A DNA stretch of 64,000 bases, taken from the NCBI GenBank assembly GCA_032718475.1, contig JAUCBJ010006397.1, positions 21,053 to 85,052 on the forward strand. The letters are read 5' to 3'. The position numbers and the translations under genes are program-made. This DNA comes from Nemertoderma westbladi (taxonomy: Eukaryota; Animalia; Xenacoelomorpha). Under the pieces are notes generated by a model that searched no databases, was not told the DNA's origin, and was given only the letters and a program-made list of their open reading frames with translations. Every line of letters begins with the position of its first letter. Within the stretch, counting starts at the first letter, position 1. Positions 11,026 to 22,678 of this stretch are shown here, piece by piece.

Positions 11026-12297
11026 TTAATATCTCGGGAAGTTCTCGTCTATCTGTGTAGACCAGGCGTCTAGCCCTCCCACAATGTCTTTAATAACCAA
11101 CCCGGACTTCTGTATGTCCGGGTTTTCCTTTAATATTCGTACAGATCTCTGGGAGTCGTTACCCTGCTTACACACGATAAATACTTTCAGTTTGCAACTA
11201 TCCGCTATCTGCTGTTTTATTTCACGACATTGCTCTAATAATTTATTGCAGTAACCATGGGAACGTTTAAGTTTGCTGTAGGGCAATGAAAACTGAAAGT
11301 TTTTATTCACCGGTAGTGAACATAATTCCAGCTCTACAGGTTCTCGTACATCGACTAGCAGACAGGGGTCGCCACGATCCAGACATTCCTTGTATTCCGT
11401 CACGGAGATTCTCTCGCTTTTATCCAGCAGTTCGACCCTCCGACATTTATCGTTAGGCCCCGCCCCGCAGAACTCCGTATAATCGATATCGTTGAGTCGC
11501 TGGATAGATGAATGAATTCCGCACACTGGGCAATCGAAGCGCCGTCCGCGCAACCGTACCGTACGGAAACCGAACCGCAACCCGTCCAACACCAGCAGCT
11601 TCCCCGCGTACAACGACGGCAACCCGGCCGCTAGTTTAATCCCTTCTAGGGCCTGGAGACAGCCGATAATCCCCGGTACCACGCCCACAACGCCCCCTTC
11701 CGAGCAGTTGGTCACGGTGTCCGGGTGAGGGGGCTCCGGGTACAGACACCGGTAGCACGGCGATCCATCGTGGTTGTACACGGTCAGCTGACCTTCCCAA
11801 CGCAAAGCGCTACCGGAAACCAACGGTTTACCCGTTAGAACGCAAGCGTCGCTCACTAGGTAACGTGTAGCTACGTTGTCGCTACAATCGAATATTACGT
11901 CGTATTTACCGACTAATTCTAAGGCGTTCTCGCGGTCTAGTTGTAAGTTATGTTTGTAATAATTAATTTCTGAGTTTAGTTTGTTCAGCGAGTTGACTGC
12001 CGAATCGACTTTCGGTGTTCCGATGTCTGACTCCCCGTGTAGGATCTGCCTGTGCAGGTTGCTGATGTCGACACAGTCACCGTCTACTAGGCCTATGTTA
12101 CCGACACCGGCTGCCGCTAGGTACTGCAGACAGGGGCAGCCCAACCCGCCCCCCGCCCCGATGAGAAGGACTCGGGATTTAGCGAGTCGTAGCTGTCCGG
12201 TTACGCCAAGCTCCGGGAGGATTAACTGTCGACTGTAACGGCTGATATCGTGGTTGTTTAGTAGACAACTGGTTTCTTCTTTGGAATAGGTCGCCAT
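11026..12297 (-). CDS. MOCS3: Adenylyltransferase and sulfurtransferase MOCS3/UBA4 (ThiF/MoeB plus rhodanese), 423 aa, intronless
   Basis: RYSRQLILPE, GAGGGLGCP, SNLHRQILH, DCSDN, CYRC and CPVC Zn motifs, NCSEGGV, rhodanese CKQGNDSQ, C-terminal GGLDAW...FPRY. Confidence 0.95.
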   Translation of the reverse strand: MATYSKEETSCLLNNHDISRYSRQLILPELGVTGQLRLAKSRVLLIGAGGGLGCPCLQYLAAAGVGNIGLVDGDCVDISNLHRQILHGESDIGTPKVDSAVNSLNKLNSEINYYKHNLQLDRENALELVGKYDVIFDCSDNVATRYLVSDACVLTGKPLVSGSALRWEGQLTVYNHDGSPCYRCLYPEPPHPDTVTNCSEGGVVGVVPGIIGCLQALEGIKLAAGLPSLYAGKLLVLDGLRFGFRTVRLRGRRFDCPVCGIHSSIQRLNDIDYTEFCGAGPNDKCRRVELLDKSERISVTEYKECLDRGDPCLLVDVREPVELELCSLPVNKNFQFSLPYSKLKRSHGYCNKLLEQCREIKQQIADSCKLKVFIVCKQGNDSQRSVRILKENPDIQKSGLVIKDIVGGLDAWSTQIDENFPRY

Positions 12298-12514
12298 TTT
12301 ATAAAACGAAGGTAGCGATTGATAACAAGAAAGGAAACAATGACCTACCCAGCCCCAGCTACTATACCTAACGCTGTAACGTCAGAACGTACCGCTACTA
12401 ACAAAAAGTGATGTGTGTGCCACACTCAAATAACTTAACCTTAAGCAATGCTGATGATATAGAAGGAAATTTAAAATACACTAGGCCTATTACATTGTAT
12501 TAAATTCTCGCGCT

Positions 12515-12686
12515 AATGATTGGCTGAAAGAATTTATAATATAACTCTCCACATTCGCTTGGAATAATCATGGGCTAAGAGAAAGAAGAAAGAACCGAAC
12601 ATTAACATTATTGATAGAAAGATATTTACAACAGTACGCGCTTGACTTTTGGGGATAAACCTAAATACTTTCAGCCAATCATTAGC
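12515..12686. repeat. Short inverted repeat pair (GCTAATGATTGGCTGAAAG / CTTTCAGCCAATCATTAGC) upstream of MOCS3; possible MITE remnant with CCAAT boxes
   Basis: 19-bp perfect inverted repeat about 130 bp apart. Confidence 0.5.
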
Positions 12687-13729
12687 AAGTTGTTAGACTA
12701 GATTACTGTAAGAAAAAAAAGCTACTGACTACTGGCTACTGACCTAGAGCAAAAACGGCTCTAACGATTGTGATGAAATTTTGCATGGACCATGAAAATA
12801 GATTTCTATGGGTACTTGTGAACTTGTTTTATTTACAAAAATAAGAACGAATTTGTCTTATTACTTCTTGTGCGCGATTGTATTGAATTCATGACAACTC
12901 CTGTTATTATTATTAATCAATTGACACCTCGACTCCTCTCCGACTACTCTATCCGATAGAACAAAATAATCATTTCGCTAACTGTTCTCTATCTTCTATA
13001 ATGATAATCACAACAGCTTTCATAATTCATTACATGATTAGTGATTACAACATAATAGTTATAGTTTGATGTTGTCTAGAAAATGTATCGTACTCGTACA
13101 CCACCGGGGCTACACCCACGCTAATATATCATATGATGTTGACAACTACGACTTTAGAGGGATTGTAATATTCATATTAAAACAATAAAAGTATCTGAGG
13201 GAATAGACCCCATGTCCTATTTTATTGTGCTAATATATCAGACAGAACAAAAAGCTTTTACTGGCCAATGTACTGTCTCCTACACGACTTGCTTCACGGG
13301 CCGCTGGGCCCGTCTCTAGTTAGGGAAAGGATTTAATACACCATAATTGTGTATTTAAATTCCCTCCTATATCATATCAACCAATCTCTAGGGGGATGAT
13401 AAAATAACATAAATATGTCCATTTATCTAAATTAGGGGATGATTTAATAAAATGGTTAATTTATTATTAAACTTCCTAAATAATAAAATCGCACCCTTTT
13501 GGAGGTGAAGTAAATGTTTTTGCGGCGATTTACTGTAGCGGGTTTTTTTTTTAGCAAATGTATTGTGTGCCATACAGGTGTAGACGTTAGGTTAGGTTTA
13601 TAGTGTCGACAATGTATGTCACGAGGAGAGTTTCGTCACAGAGTGCCATAGAGAATCGTTTTTTGCTGTTTTGTGGGCTTTAGCTTCAATGACCATTTTT
13701 TGTCAATGGCCATATTGATGTAATATAAC

Positions 13730-14622
13730 CAATGCGTACTATATACAAGGCCATGCCATCGAGTTAACTGGGGGGTGGTGATTGGGGGCAAGATTTTTTT
13801 TACAACAATTTGATATTTTGATATGGGGAGAGTTCTATAAATTTTCATTTGCTGCAGTTTGGTCATTGGACGTAATTGAAGCATCTTCGTTAAGTAAGAT
13901 ACAACATTTTATGGTAGCTAGTGTTTTACAGTAGATAGGTTTAGCTAGTAATTTTGACCCTGGTTCCGACATCCTACTTATTTCCTCTATAAATATTTTG
14001 TAGTAGCTAGTTCTTGTTACTATTTGTATAAAAAATGTTCCAGAAGACGTTAGCTATTCATTTTTTAAAAAAATTATGTTCTAGAACAAATATTTTATGT
14101 TCTAGAATATTTTTTAGAAAAATATCTGTATTCTATTTGAAACGCATGGAATCGTTCTAAACGTGTTTAAAATCAATAAAAAAAATTTCAAAATTTTAAA
14201 TTATTTTCACAATATTTTTTTTTTCACAATCGTTTTTTATTGATTTTAGACACGTTTTAGAACGATTCCGTGCGTTTTAAATAGAATCCAGATTTATTTA
14301 TAAAAAATGTTCTAGAACAAAAAATATTTGTTCTAGAACATAATAATTTTTTTTAAAAATGAATAGCTAACATCTTCTGGAACATTTTCAATACAAATAG
14401 TAATAAGAACTAGCTACTTACCTAAAACACTAGCTACCATAAAATTTTGTATCTTACTTAACGAGGAGGCTTCAAGTACGTCCAGTGATCAAATTGCAGC
14501 AAATTAAAATTTATAGAACTCCTGCCATATCAAAATATCAAATTGTTGTAAAAGAAAATCTTGCCCCCAGTCAACCGCCCCCAGTTAACTCGATGGCATG
14601 GCCTTGTATATAGTACGCCTTG
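13730..14622. mobile_element. Foldback/MITE, almost entirely palindromic, 8-bp TSD, P-superfamily-like termini
   Basis: TIR CAA(T/G)GCGTACTATATACAAGGCCATGCCATCGAGTTAACTGG..., arms ~400 bp; TSD AATATAAC at 13722-13729 and 14623-14630. Confidence 0.85.
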
Positions 14623-15359
14623 AATATAACCCAAGGTTCAACCCCCGCTGACGTGCTTCCTCATTTCCTCATTTTTTCCATTTCTGAACAAAACCATTAC
14701 ATAACGTCTATGGCTATAAGGTTGGCAACTGAAAGGAACGGCCAGATTTCTCTGAATTCGTACATAATTATTAGTTGGGCGGACTTTGAGATTGAAACGT
14801 TTCACTGCAGTTGATAATGATAGCAACTGAGGATTGACTATGGGGTGTGGACGAGGCTGATAATGCTTTGCAAGATGTTATGGTAATGTGTTTGGTGAAC
14901 CAGAGCGAGCTTTGGAAGGTGACACCGAGGTATTTATGAGTTAACTACATGAACGAGTTCGTTATTGTCAGTGAAAGAGTCGAGATGATTGGGGCAACCG
15001 CCCAGCGGCGAAATTTGATTATGGTTATTTATTTAGGTTCACTGTTAGGCCGTTAACCTTAGCCCACCGGACTTTTTTTAATACGAATTGAAACTCTAAA
15101 TAAAAAATTCAGACTCCACCTGTCATCGATTTGGGTCGACCCAGTTGTGTTTCAAATTTCTAGCAATATGATAAAGGTTTGTAGAAAATAAGGGAGTAGT
15201 TATCATAAAATATAACGTATCATGGTGTATATATACAATTTAGTTGAACATTATATAGATTGAGTTTGAAGATGCAAATGAGTCATCAAATTATAAGTTT
15301 ATTTAAAATGATGATAATCGATCCACCAAGTAAAGCAATGTGTTTTTTGCTCAATTCAG

Positions 15360-15506
15360 GAAGGTCGACAGCTGATAGGCGAGTCAGAAAAGTTGAAAGC
15401 TCTTTGTAAGAAACTCATGAAAGATACTGAAGAACAACAAAGAGACGCACACGTTAAAGTGAATGACGGGGTCACTTGTAAACTGGCAGAAACGGTTACA
15501 TTAATG
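15360..15506 (+). CDS. CCDC105: CCDC105 exon (EGRQLIGESEKLK...KLAETVTLM)
   Basis: Acceptor ttttgctcaattcag|, donor atg|gtaagt; 147 nt, phase 0-0. Confidence 0.75.
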
Positions 15507-15737
15507 GTAAGTTAAATAAATTTGAATAAATATTAAATAAATACTAATGCAAAAAATAATACTGTAGTTTCAGTTTGGATTTAATTACAAAATACTGTTT
15601 TACTGCGTTATGCCTATTCCATGGCTCTACGGTTTGTGAAACTAATAGGTGGAATATTTTATGTTTTTCAGGTTAAAATCACAAATTTTTCCACATAGAA
15701 TACCAGATACTGTAATTGGATTTGCCTTTAATTATAG

Positions 15738-15947
15738 CAACATTTGCAAATCAACGAAGGGGAAAACCGGGCTGCGTTTAATAAAACGCTGCGATATTAC
15801 GACGAAACCGATCGAGCGAGAGGAATAAACATCGGACCGGAGGCGTCGGGTGACTTAGAGACGAGGGAGAGATTGGATAGGCCGCTAATTAAAGTGTTCC
15901 AACGACATCCAGCCACGAGCATGCCAGAAGCAGGGGATCTAATTAAG
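15738..15947 (+). CDS. CCDC105: CCDC105 exon ([11 protein letters not shown]...[28 protein letters not shown])
   Basis: Acceptor attatag|, donor aag|gttagt; 210 nt. RE(R/K)LDRPL..(F/Y)QRH....PEA is the CCDC105 signature as I recall it. Confidence 0.8.
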
Positions 15948-16104
15948 GTTAGTTGTAGGGTTGCAACTCTTATTGGCTTCACTTACTGTATTGCAACTCT
16001 AAAAAAATGTTATTGAATATTTTGTAACGCAAGGGTTTATTCGTTTGGATTTATTTTACAGAGGCTGAGCGACCCTCACATGGTACCTCACACCTCAGAT
16101 GTGG

Positions 16105-16322
16105 CACACACCCTAGACGCGCCACACATCCTAGACGCGCCACCTTCCATAAACGCGTCACACACCTTAGACACACCACACACCCTAGACGCGCCACACA
16201 TCCTAACGCACCACCTACCCGAGACGTGCCACTGCCACACAACTTAGACGCGCCAACTTCCATAAACGCGCCACCCACACTAGACCACCACACACCTTAG
16301 ACACACCACACACCCTAGACGC
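16105..16322. repeat. Degenerate 18-bp minisatellite (CCACACACCCTAGACGCG-like)
   Basis: About 10 imperfect units within the last CCDC105 intron. Confidence 0.75.
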
Positions 16323-17081
16323 TTTACAAGCAAACGAAAGAGTTTATGGAGTTACCATGACTACACGATGAATACAGTATAAATTTAACAACGGTTGGCA
16401 TCCCAAATCATCATAGGAATCAACACCCAATGAATCGATAACTACAAGGATATCGATGAGTTCCTAATCTCGGTTTGGATGTCGCTGTTTGACTGTAGAG
16501 CTAATTGGCGAGGTTTAGGTAGAACTAAACGTTCCGGGGGAAGGGGGGTGGAGGCTCTTCAGTGGATCCAGGGCCGCCGCTCAGAACCTTACTGAAGGCC
16601 AGTTACTTTAATTAAATCGATAGCGGTCGCATTATAACAGCACGAGACATTTGGGTTGGCACACACTTAAAATTGCTAATGGGCACTGTGGGAGGGTAGC
16701 CAGGGAGTTATTGTGGAAACGAAAATTGTTGTTGGTGTGGGTTGAATCGCGGCCGATCTGAAAGGTTCTGTACCTCCTGGGCCGCACCCGTTAATCGGTC
16801 GCGTAATCTTCGGGATAAATGAATTATTGGATTATTCCTGGAACAACCACCGCAGTTCTACATAAACGGAAATTGATTTTTCCTCCATTTAATTAATATT
16901 GATTCTATAATTACATTGTAGTTTAACTTGGGGGTTGAATTGAGCGAACAAAGATCGTTTAGTTTACAATTAAATTGGTTTTGGGAAGAAATTTCTAACA
17001 AAATTTAACTTTTGACTTGGAACTTTTTCCTCTGGAGCAATGTTTCTCTCCGTTTTATTTACATTCCTTTGTTTGATACAG

Positions 17082-17264
17082 ACGGACGATGCTTTGCACT
17101 TCGCTTTGAACCACGCGAACAGGAACCTCGCCAATCTCCACAAAGAGAATCTATTTATGAGAGACGATGAAAGAGACAAGCGCAAGGCGGCCTCCGTCGA
17201 CTCCAGTATCATCCGATTGCGTCGCAGGCGGGCCAATCACAGGTGGATATACGGAGAAGTTTAG
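17082..17264 (+). CDS. CCDC105: CCDC105 terminal exon (TDDALHFAL...DSSIIRLRRRRANHRWIYGEV*)
   Basis: Polypyrimidine tract plus acceptor gatacag|, phase 0, TAG stop at 17262-17264. D..(I/V)RLRRR C-terminal motif typical of tektin-family proteins. Confidence 0.8.
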   Translation, partial: TDDALHFALNHANRNLANLHKENLFMRDDERDKRKAASVDSSIIRLRRRRANHRWIYGEV

Positions 17265-18444
17265 CCAATCAGAGATCGATATACGAAGAGGTGTAACTCT
17301 ATTGGATAATAGTGGCGACCACAACTATAATTCCATATATTAAGGTCCCTGTATCTTATCATTAGTTATTATTTATGAGTATATGGTGATATTAAAAAAC
17401 TTAATGAATAGTATTAAACGTTTATGTTAATCATCGTGCTAACTCTTTTTTTTTCTTATATCAATATTTATCGTTATTTGGTAAAATAGTCAAATAAATT
17501 AATGAATGTTCAGGATGGATGGAATATGGGACCACAACGACAACCTAGAACGACAAGCGTTTTTACGAACAAAATTGAAACCTTAGCCGGAGAAACTTTT
17601 TTCAAACGCTTGTAGCTAAAGAATGAAAGCGAAAATAAAAATTCTGGCTTACCCAGTAGGAGGAGGTAGGTGAAACTAATTAGGTTTCAAAATTCATGGA
17701 ATCTCATTAAGATTTGTAGAAAAATTGGGGGGGGGGGGGGGGGGGGGGGGGGTCCATGTCACTGAATTACGACATTATATTCCAGGACATGGTGTACGCC
17801 TGTAAGTATACAGGCTCAGCAAATAGTAGCAGGAAATTAATGATTGTTTTTTTAATATAAATCCAATAGTTTTGTTGGTAAGCCTATAAGAACCTTCAAT
17901 TATTTTGTTAATCTTGAGTTGGTGTAGAAACATAGTAGAAATGAATGGGGAACCCACGGGTTAAGTGAAGTTATCAAGGTGCATTTAGTGGATATGAAAT
18001 TGCACCAAAATGTAAGTGAATGTACTGCACACCGTTGTGCATCACTACTCAATGACATTCACTCAGTGCATCAATCACCATTAATTAACGTGTTGTTAAG
18101 AAATTGACACATTCCTCCTGGTAAATACATTAGGGGGATTCAGTCATTCAGACAAGGCTTTATCTATGATTAATAATATACAGACAGGGTGTTCCACAAA
18201 AACAGGTGTGCGGGGTTGACTCTTAACGCTATCGAAATGGAAGCAGCTACAATGGAAAATCGACGCAAATAACAGCTGATTATACCCTATTGGGTTGTGT
18301 TACTGTGCTAATTGTGCTATTGTGATAATGGTTTTGGTTAGAATAACATGTCGTTGTAACCTGCTCCTTTCCCTTAATTTATAATTATATTTGTACATTA
18401 TCCGGTATGGGATTTGAATCAATACACCCCCCCCCCCCCCCCGC

Positions 18445-18790
18445 CCTCCATATCTCTCCTCAAAATGCGATGTTTGTATCGGTCGTCCACGAGAACGCCT
18501 TCCATGTGTTGGTTGCCAGACAAGTAGATCTGATAAGACTTCGTCATTACTTCTCCAGCAGTTCCCACGGAATCATAATCAGCGTTCACGTGCTGTACAG
18601 TATGTTGTACCATAAAGCTCGGTGTTTACAATCTCCAGCTGATGTTTTTAGGGCTACCCTTAGTAATCTTGTGTAACAATTAATTCGTTGTTCAAGTAAT
18701 TTCGTGTCCAGCGTCCAGGTCTCACCACAGTACACCATATCCTGGCATAAAGTGTGGTTATTCTGGTACATGTAGTACACATCCAAATAT
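18445..18790 (-). mobile_element. RTE-clade LINE 3' fragment, decayed
   Basis: YCGETWTL...CYTRLLRVAL resembles the post-RT region LLYGSSCWALT...FTRMLRRV of the element at 60619-62231. Confidence 0.65.
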
Positions 18791-18795
18791 GTAAC

Positions 18796-19444
18796 CAATA
18801 GAAAGCTTGCGTTGCAAGGATTCCAAATATGTAACAATATCTGAATTTCGTTGAGAAACAGCTGAGAAATAGGCATTCAAAGATTGCAAGAATTATTGTT
18901 CACTGCAGGCCATTTATTCTACTTAATAAATACACAATATTCTGGAACGTGTTATTTATTTTATGAGTTGGCTAGGCAACAGCGGTATGCCTATACAATA
19001 TCTATATTGCCTAGCTAATCATACATAAACAAATTGTTCCAGAATATTGTGTATTTATTAAATAGAATAAATGGCCTGCAGTGAACAATAATTCTTGCAA
19101 TCTTTGAATGCCTATTTCTCAGCTGTTTCTCAACGAAATTCAGACATTGTTACATATTTGGAATCCTTGCAACGCAAGCTTTCTATTGATGTGAAAAAAT
19201 TACGACTAAAGTGAAGAATGGCAATGATACAGAGGGTGCGATTTCGCAAAAGACACTTTTTTAAAACGCTTATAAATAAAATTTAAAGGCGAAATCGAAA
19301 ATTCCGGCTTCATGGTAACAACCACGGTGAGTTGAACTAGTTGTGTTTCAAATTTCAAGCAATATGATAAAGATTTGTAGAAAAATTTGGGGGGGGGGGG
19401 GGTCCGTGTCATCAGAAAATGACACTATATTACGGGTCATGGTG
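18796..19444. mobile_element. Left-truncated copy of the 4170-4913 MITE with near-perfect ~155-bp internal inverted arms
   Basis: Arms 18796-~18950 and ~19034-19188; right end AATGACACTATATTACGGGTCATGGTG|TA is identical to that of the first copy. Confidence 0.8.
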
Positions 19445-22400
19445 TATATATGTAAGGAAAGTAGGCCCATGCTAGGCCCACGGTAGGCCCTACAAAATAC
19501 ACGAATTTGTAGATGAAGACATACTGTGTTCTAGCAGGACCATTTGGATTAGTTAAAACGATATATTTTTAATGTGGTCATAAAGAAATTAATGACATTC
19601 CGGTTTCATTAATTACATATTACCATTAGCACGTTGACGGCCTCGTCATCAGGAACGGAAACGCCCAAACCGCAAACAGCGGCGACTATGTAATAAAGAG
19701 CGTTATTGTTATATTTGCATTACGAACCGTCACTGGAAACACATTGAAAATAAATGTTTAATATATAGCATGAACTACTTTGAGATATAAAATACCTGTA
19801 TAACAAATTATCCCAATAAGTAAAGACAGATGTGTAGCTACTTACATTCACTACTGTACCAAAGTGTAAAAGCTTCCCACGCCGCCTAAAGTAACAAAGG
19901 TGAACACAGGGAGTTCAAAAATCCCATTCACACCCAACATGGGGCCCCTGTTGAACCACTTTAAGATAATTACAATTTCTCTATACCCCCAAAAGCGCAG
20001 TCACCATTTTGATTTAAATTAAGCTTAATTTATTGGATGTGTTTGATGAAGCCTACTGTATATTCTAGCAACGCATGGCCACTCATTGTAGTTCTGTGAA
20101 AATGTTCAGCCTTCCAAGTATTTCCTCGAAGTAGTGCCCTTGATAAATAAATTAATTGGGTTGACGTTTAATTAAATCCAACAGGGAATGCCGAATTATA
20201 ATCCTCCATCTATACAATGAATAGCATGCAGCATTGTAATAGACCCTTTGTTAAAGTACAGTAACTATAATAAAGTATTAAGGTAAGTTGCCAAATAATT
20301 AATTGTATTCGGGAACCTAATAAGCTAAGAGTATGCATGAAAAAATTAGAAATTAACAAAATTCTTAGAAATTAACCGTTGTTCTTTAAAAATAGTCTGA
20401 TTCTATCTGTGGTTGCAACGGTATTAGTATTTAGGTGGTCATATAAATCCGTCACACCGGTCGAAATTAAATCTGCAATCTGCATAGCATTGATAGACCC
20501 CGGCAGCCCCCACGGCACGGGGGTAGTACAGTTCATATGAATTATAAACAGCACAAAGGTAAAGAATATAAGTACAGTCAGGTAAATAAATACTCACCTA
20601 GGTAAATATACAGTAGAGAGGCAATAATAGGCCTACACAAGCAAAAATACACATACAAGTTATAATTAACAAATAAGTTTTTTTTCCTCATTTAAGTCTC
20701 ATTTATTTACATAGATAGTAAAAAATTTTACAAAATTCAGATAATGTTAAACAATACATACCCATCGCCAGCTCACGTTACTAAGCAACAAATTTAAGAG
20801 GGAAAATTAAAAACTATTATTACCAAATAAGTAGGCCCATTGATATTCCAAGTATAATATTATTGGTTCATAAGATCCCATACAGGTTTAATCAGTTAAC
20901 AGCGATGTAATTCAGTACCTGAGTGACTTCAAGTTCAAGTAGAGGGAAGTTCTAAACATTATATAAGTTTATACGACAGCCAATAATATGCTCCTTAGAA
21001 AATTGAGCTTTCGCCTACAATTAACAGGACACAGGGCGTGACATTGCCTAAAATGTGTGACTTATTAAGGGGGGGGGGGGGGGGGGGGGGGGTAGTCGAA
21101 TTTAAATAAAATTTTGAAAGGCGTTCTTATCTGATTCAGTATTTTACGCTGATTCCAAATCTGCAAACAGTTTTACCATATTATCTTGTTTGTTTTAGAG
21201 ATGTATTTATATATAATATGGAGAAGGTTAGTATTTGATTTCAATTTCTGTAATTTTTTAGGCTCATTAGTGCCTAATTGTCAATGATAAAACTGCGACT
21301 CGATCATAAATAGCGAGTTGTTTGATTTTACCCCACACATGACAGTGTGCGGCTTTCTTGCAGCAATAGCTGCAAGCCATTGAGGTCTTAGCAAAAAATG
21401 TCTAATTATTATACTATGGCTAGTTATACTGTATATTGGCTTCCAAGAAGATAATTAATGAGTTTTGTTCATATGGTTATAATTCTTTGGGGAGGAACAT
21501 GCCTAGATATTAATTACTCGATATTATATTTTAGACTATGCGTACATTTAGATTATACTAAATCGGTAGATGACTAGAATAAGGTAAAAAGGGCTTCGTG
21601 AAACTTACACCTGTGTTCATTTTTATACATTTTTGGATTGGAGCGCCTCAAATTTAGTACCTTTACCAACTATTAGCATTCTACTACTGTACTAGCTGTA
21701 GACTCGAACATATGACATAATTTAGTTGTTCGCTAAAGAAAGGAAGCACAATAATTCGCTCACACTAAATCGCATTGTACCGGAAAATATTATTTAATCG
21801 AGATAAGCGATTCTTAAAGTTTAACAACCTCATCTTTGGTCGTACAGATCGCTAATTCAGGGCTCATTTTAAAGGGAATTAAAAAAAAAATGCTCGTTAT
21901 GTTATTTATGGGCGTTTAATTGAGGTCCATAAACAAGTCTACAGGGTTAATGAAGGCAAGGAAGGGTCTTTCACCACGTGGATATAAGAACACGAAAATT
22001 AATTATTTACGGTATGGCCATTTCCCCCTCGCGGGAGTCTTCCGCGGTATAATCAAAATCAAATAAAACAGTTTAAAGTCATTAACCCTGTAATTATGAA
22101 CACGCCACGAAAAACGCCGTTCCGGTTAATCCAACACCTAAGATAAATAAGTCTTACATTTCTGCTCCTTGTTTTTTTTTATGTCACTTCATTTCACTAT
22201 TAAATAAAAGTAAAGTTGATGTGAACGTGGTACACGAGACATCGGAGGCAACTCTAATGATCCTCTCTCTTGCCTGTTACCTGTAAGGCAGGAAGGGTGC
22301 CGTACTAACGTCCCACGCTCGAATACACTGACTATACAACCATAGTATTTACTTAGAGAAAACAGTGGTGTAAACGCTACGCCGACAATCAACAACCAAA

Positions 22401-22607
22401 CCCGACAACCATTATTGAGGCTAATTAATGTTATAATAATAAATTGAGGGAAAGGAACAGGTTACAGTGGAATGTTATTCAAGTCAAAACAATAATAAAG
22501 AGTCATGGAACCAGGTCAGAGTTTCATCTTTGCCGTTGTCACTCAGCAGTGTAGTTGTTGGCGTAGCGTTTGCATCTAGTTAACAGCTTAAAGAAAACTG
22601 GGCTGTA

Positions 22608-22678
22608 CCTTTTCTAGGGCTCGAACTCATGACCTTCCGGTTGGAAGAGCAACTATCTAAACACTCAGTCAGCCGCTG
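22608..22678 (-). pseudogene. Degenerate tRNA-like sequence or SINE head
   Basis: Minus strand GGCTGACTGAGTGTTTAG...CTTCCAA...GAGTTCGAGCCC has A- and B-box-like motifs; the stems are broken. Confidence 0.4.

Noticed and set aside
14030-14385. Heat-shock elements (TTCTAGAA dyads) in the foldback element
   Set aside because: Only two-pentamer dyads, whereas functional HSEs normally need three; they are explained by the palindromic repeat.
19635-19665. Second hammerhead candidate (CTGATGA on the minus strand followed by a small stem)
   Set aside because: No GAAA, stem III or stem I partner.
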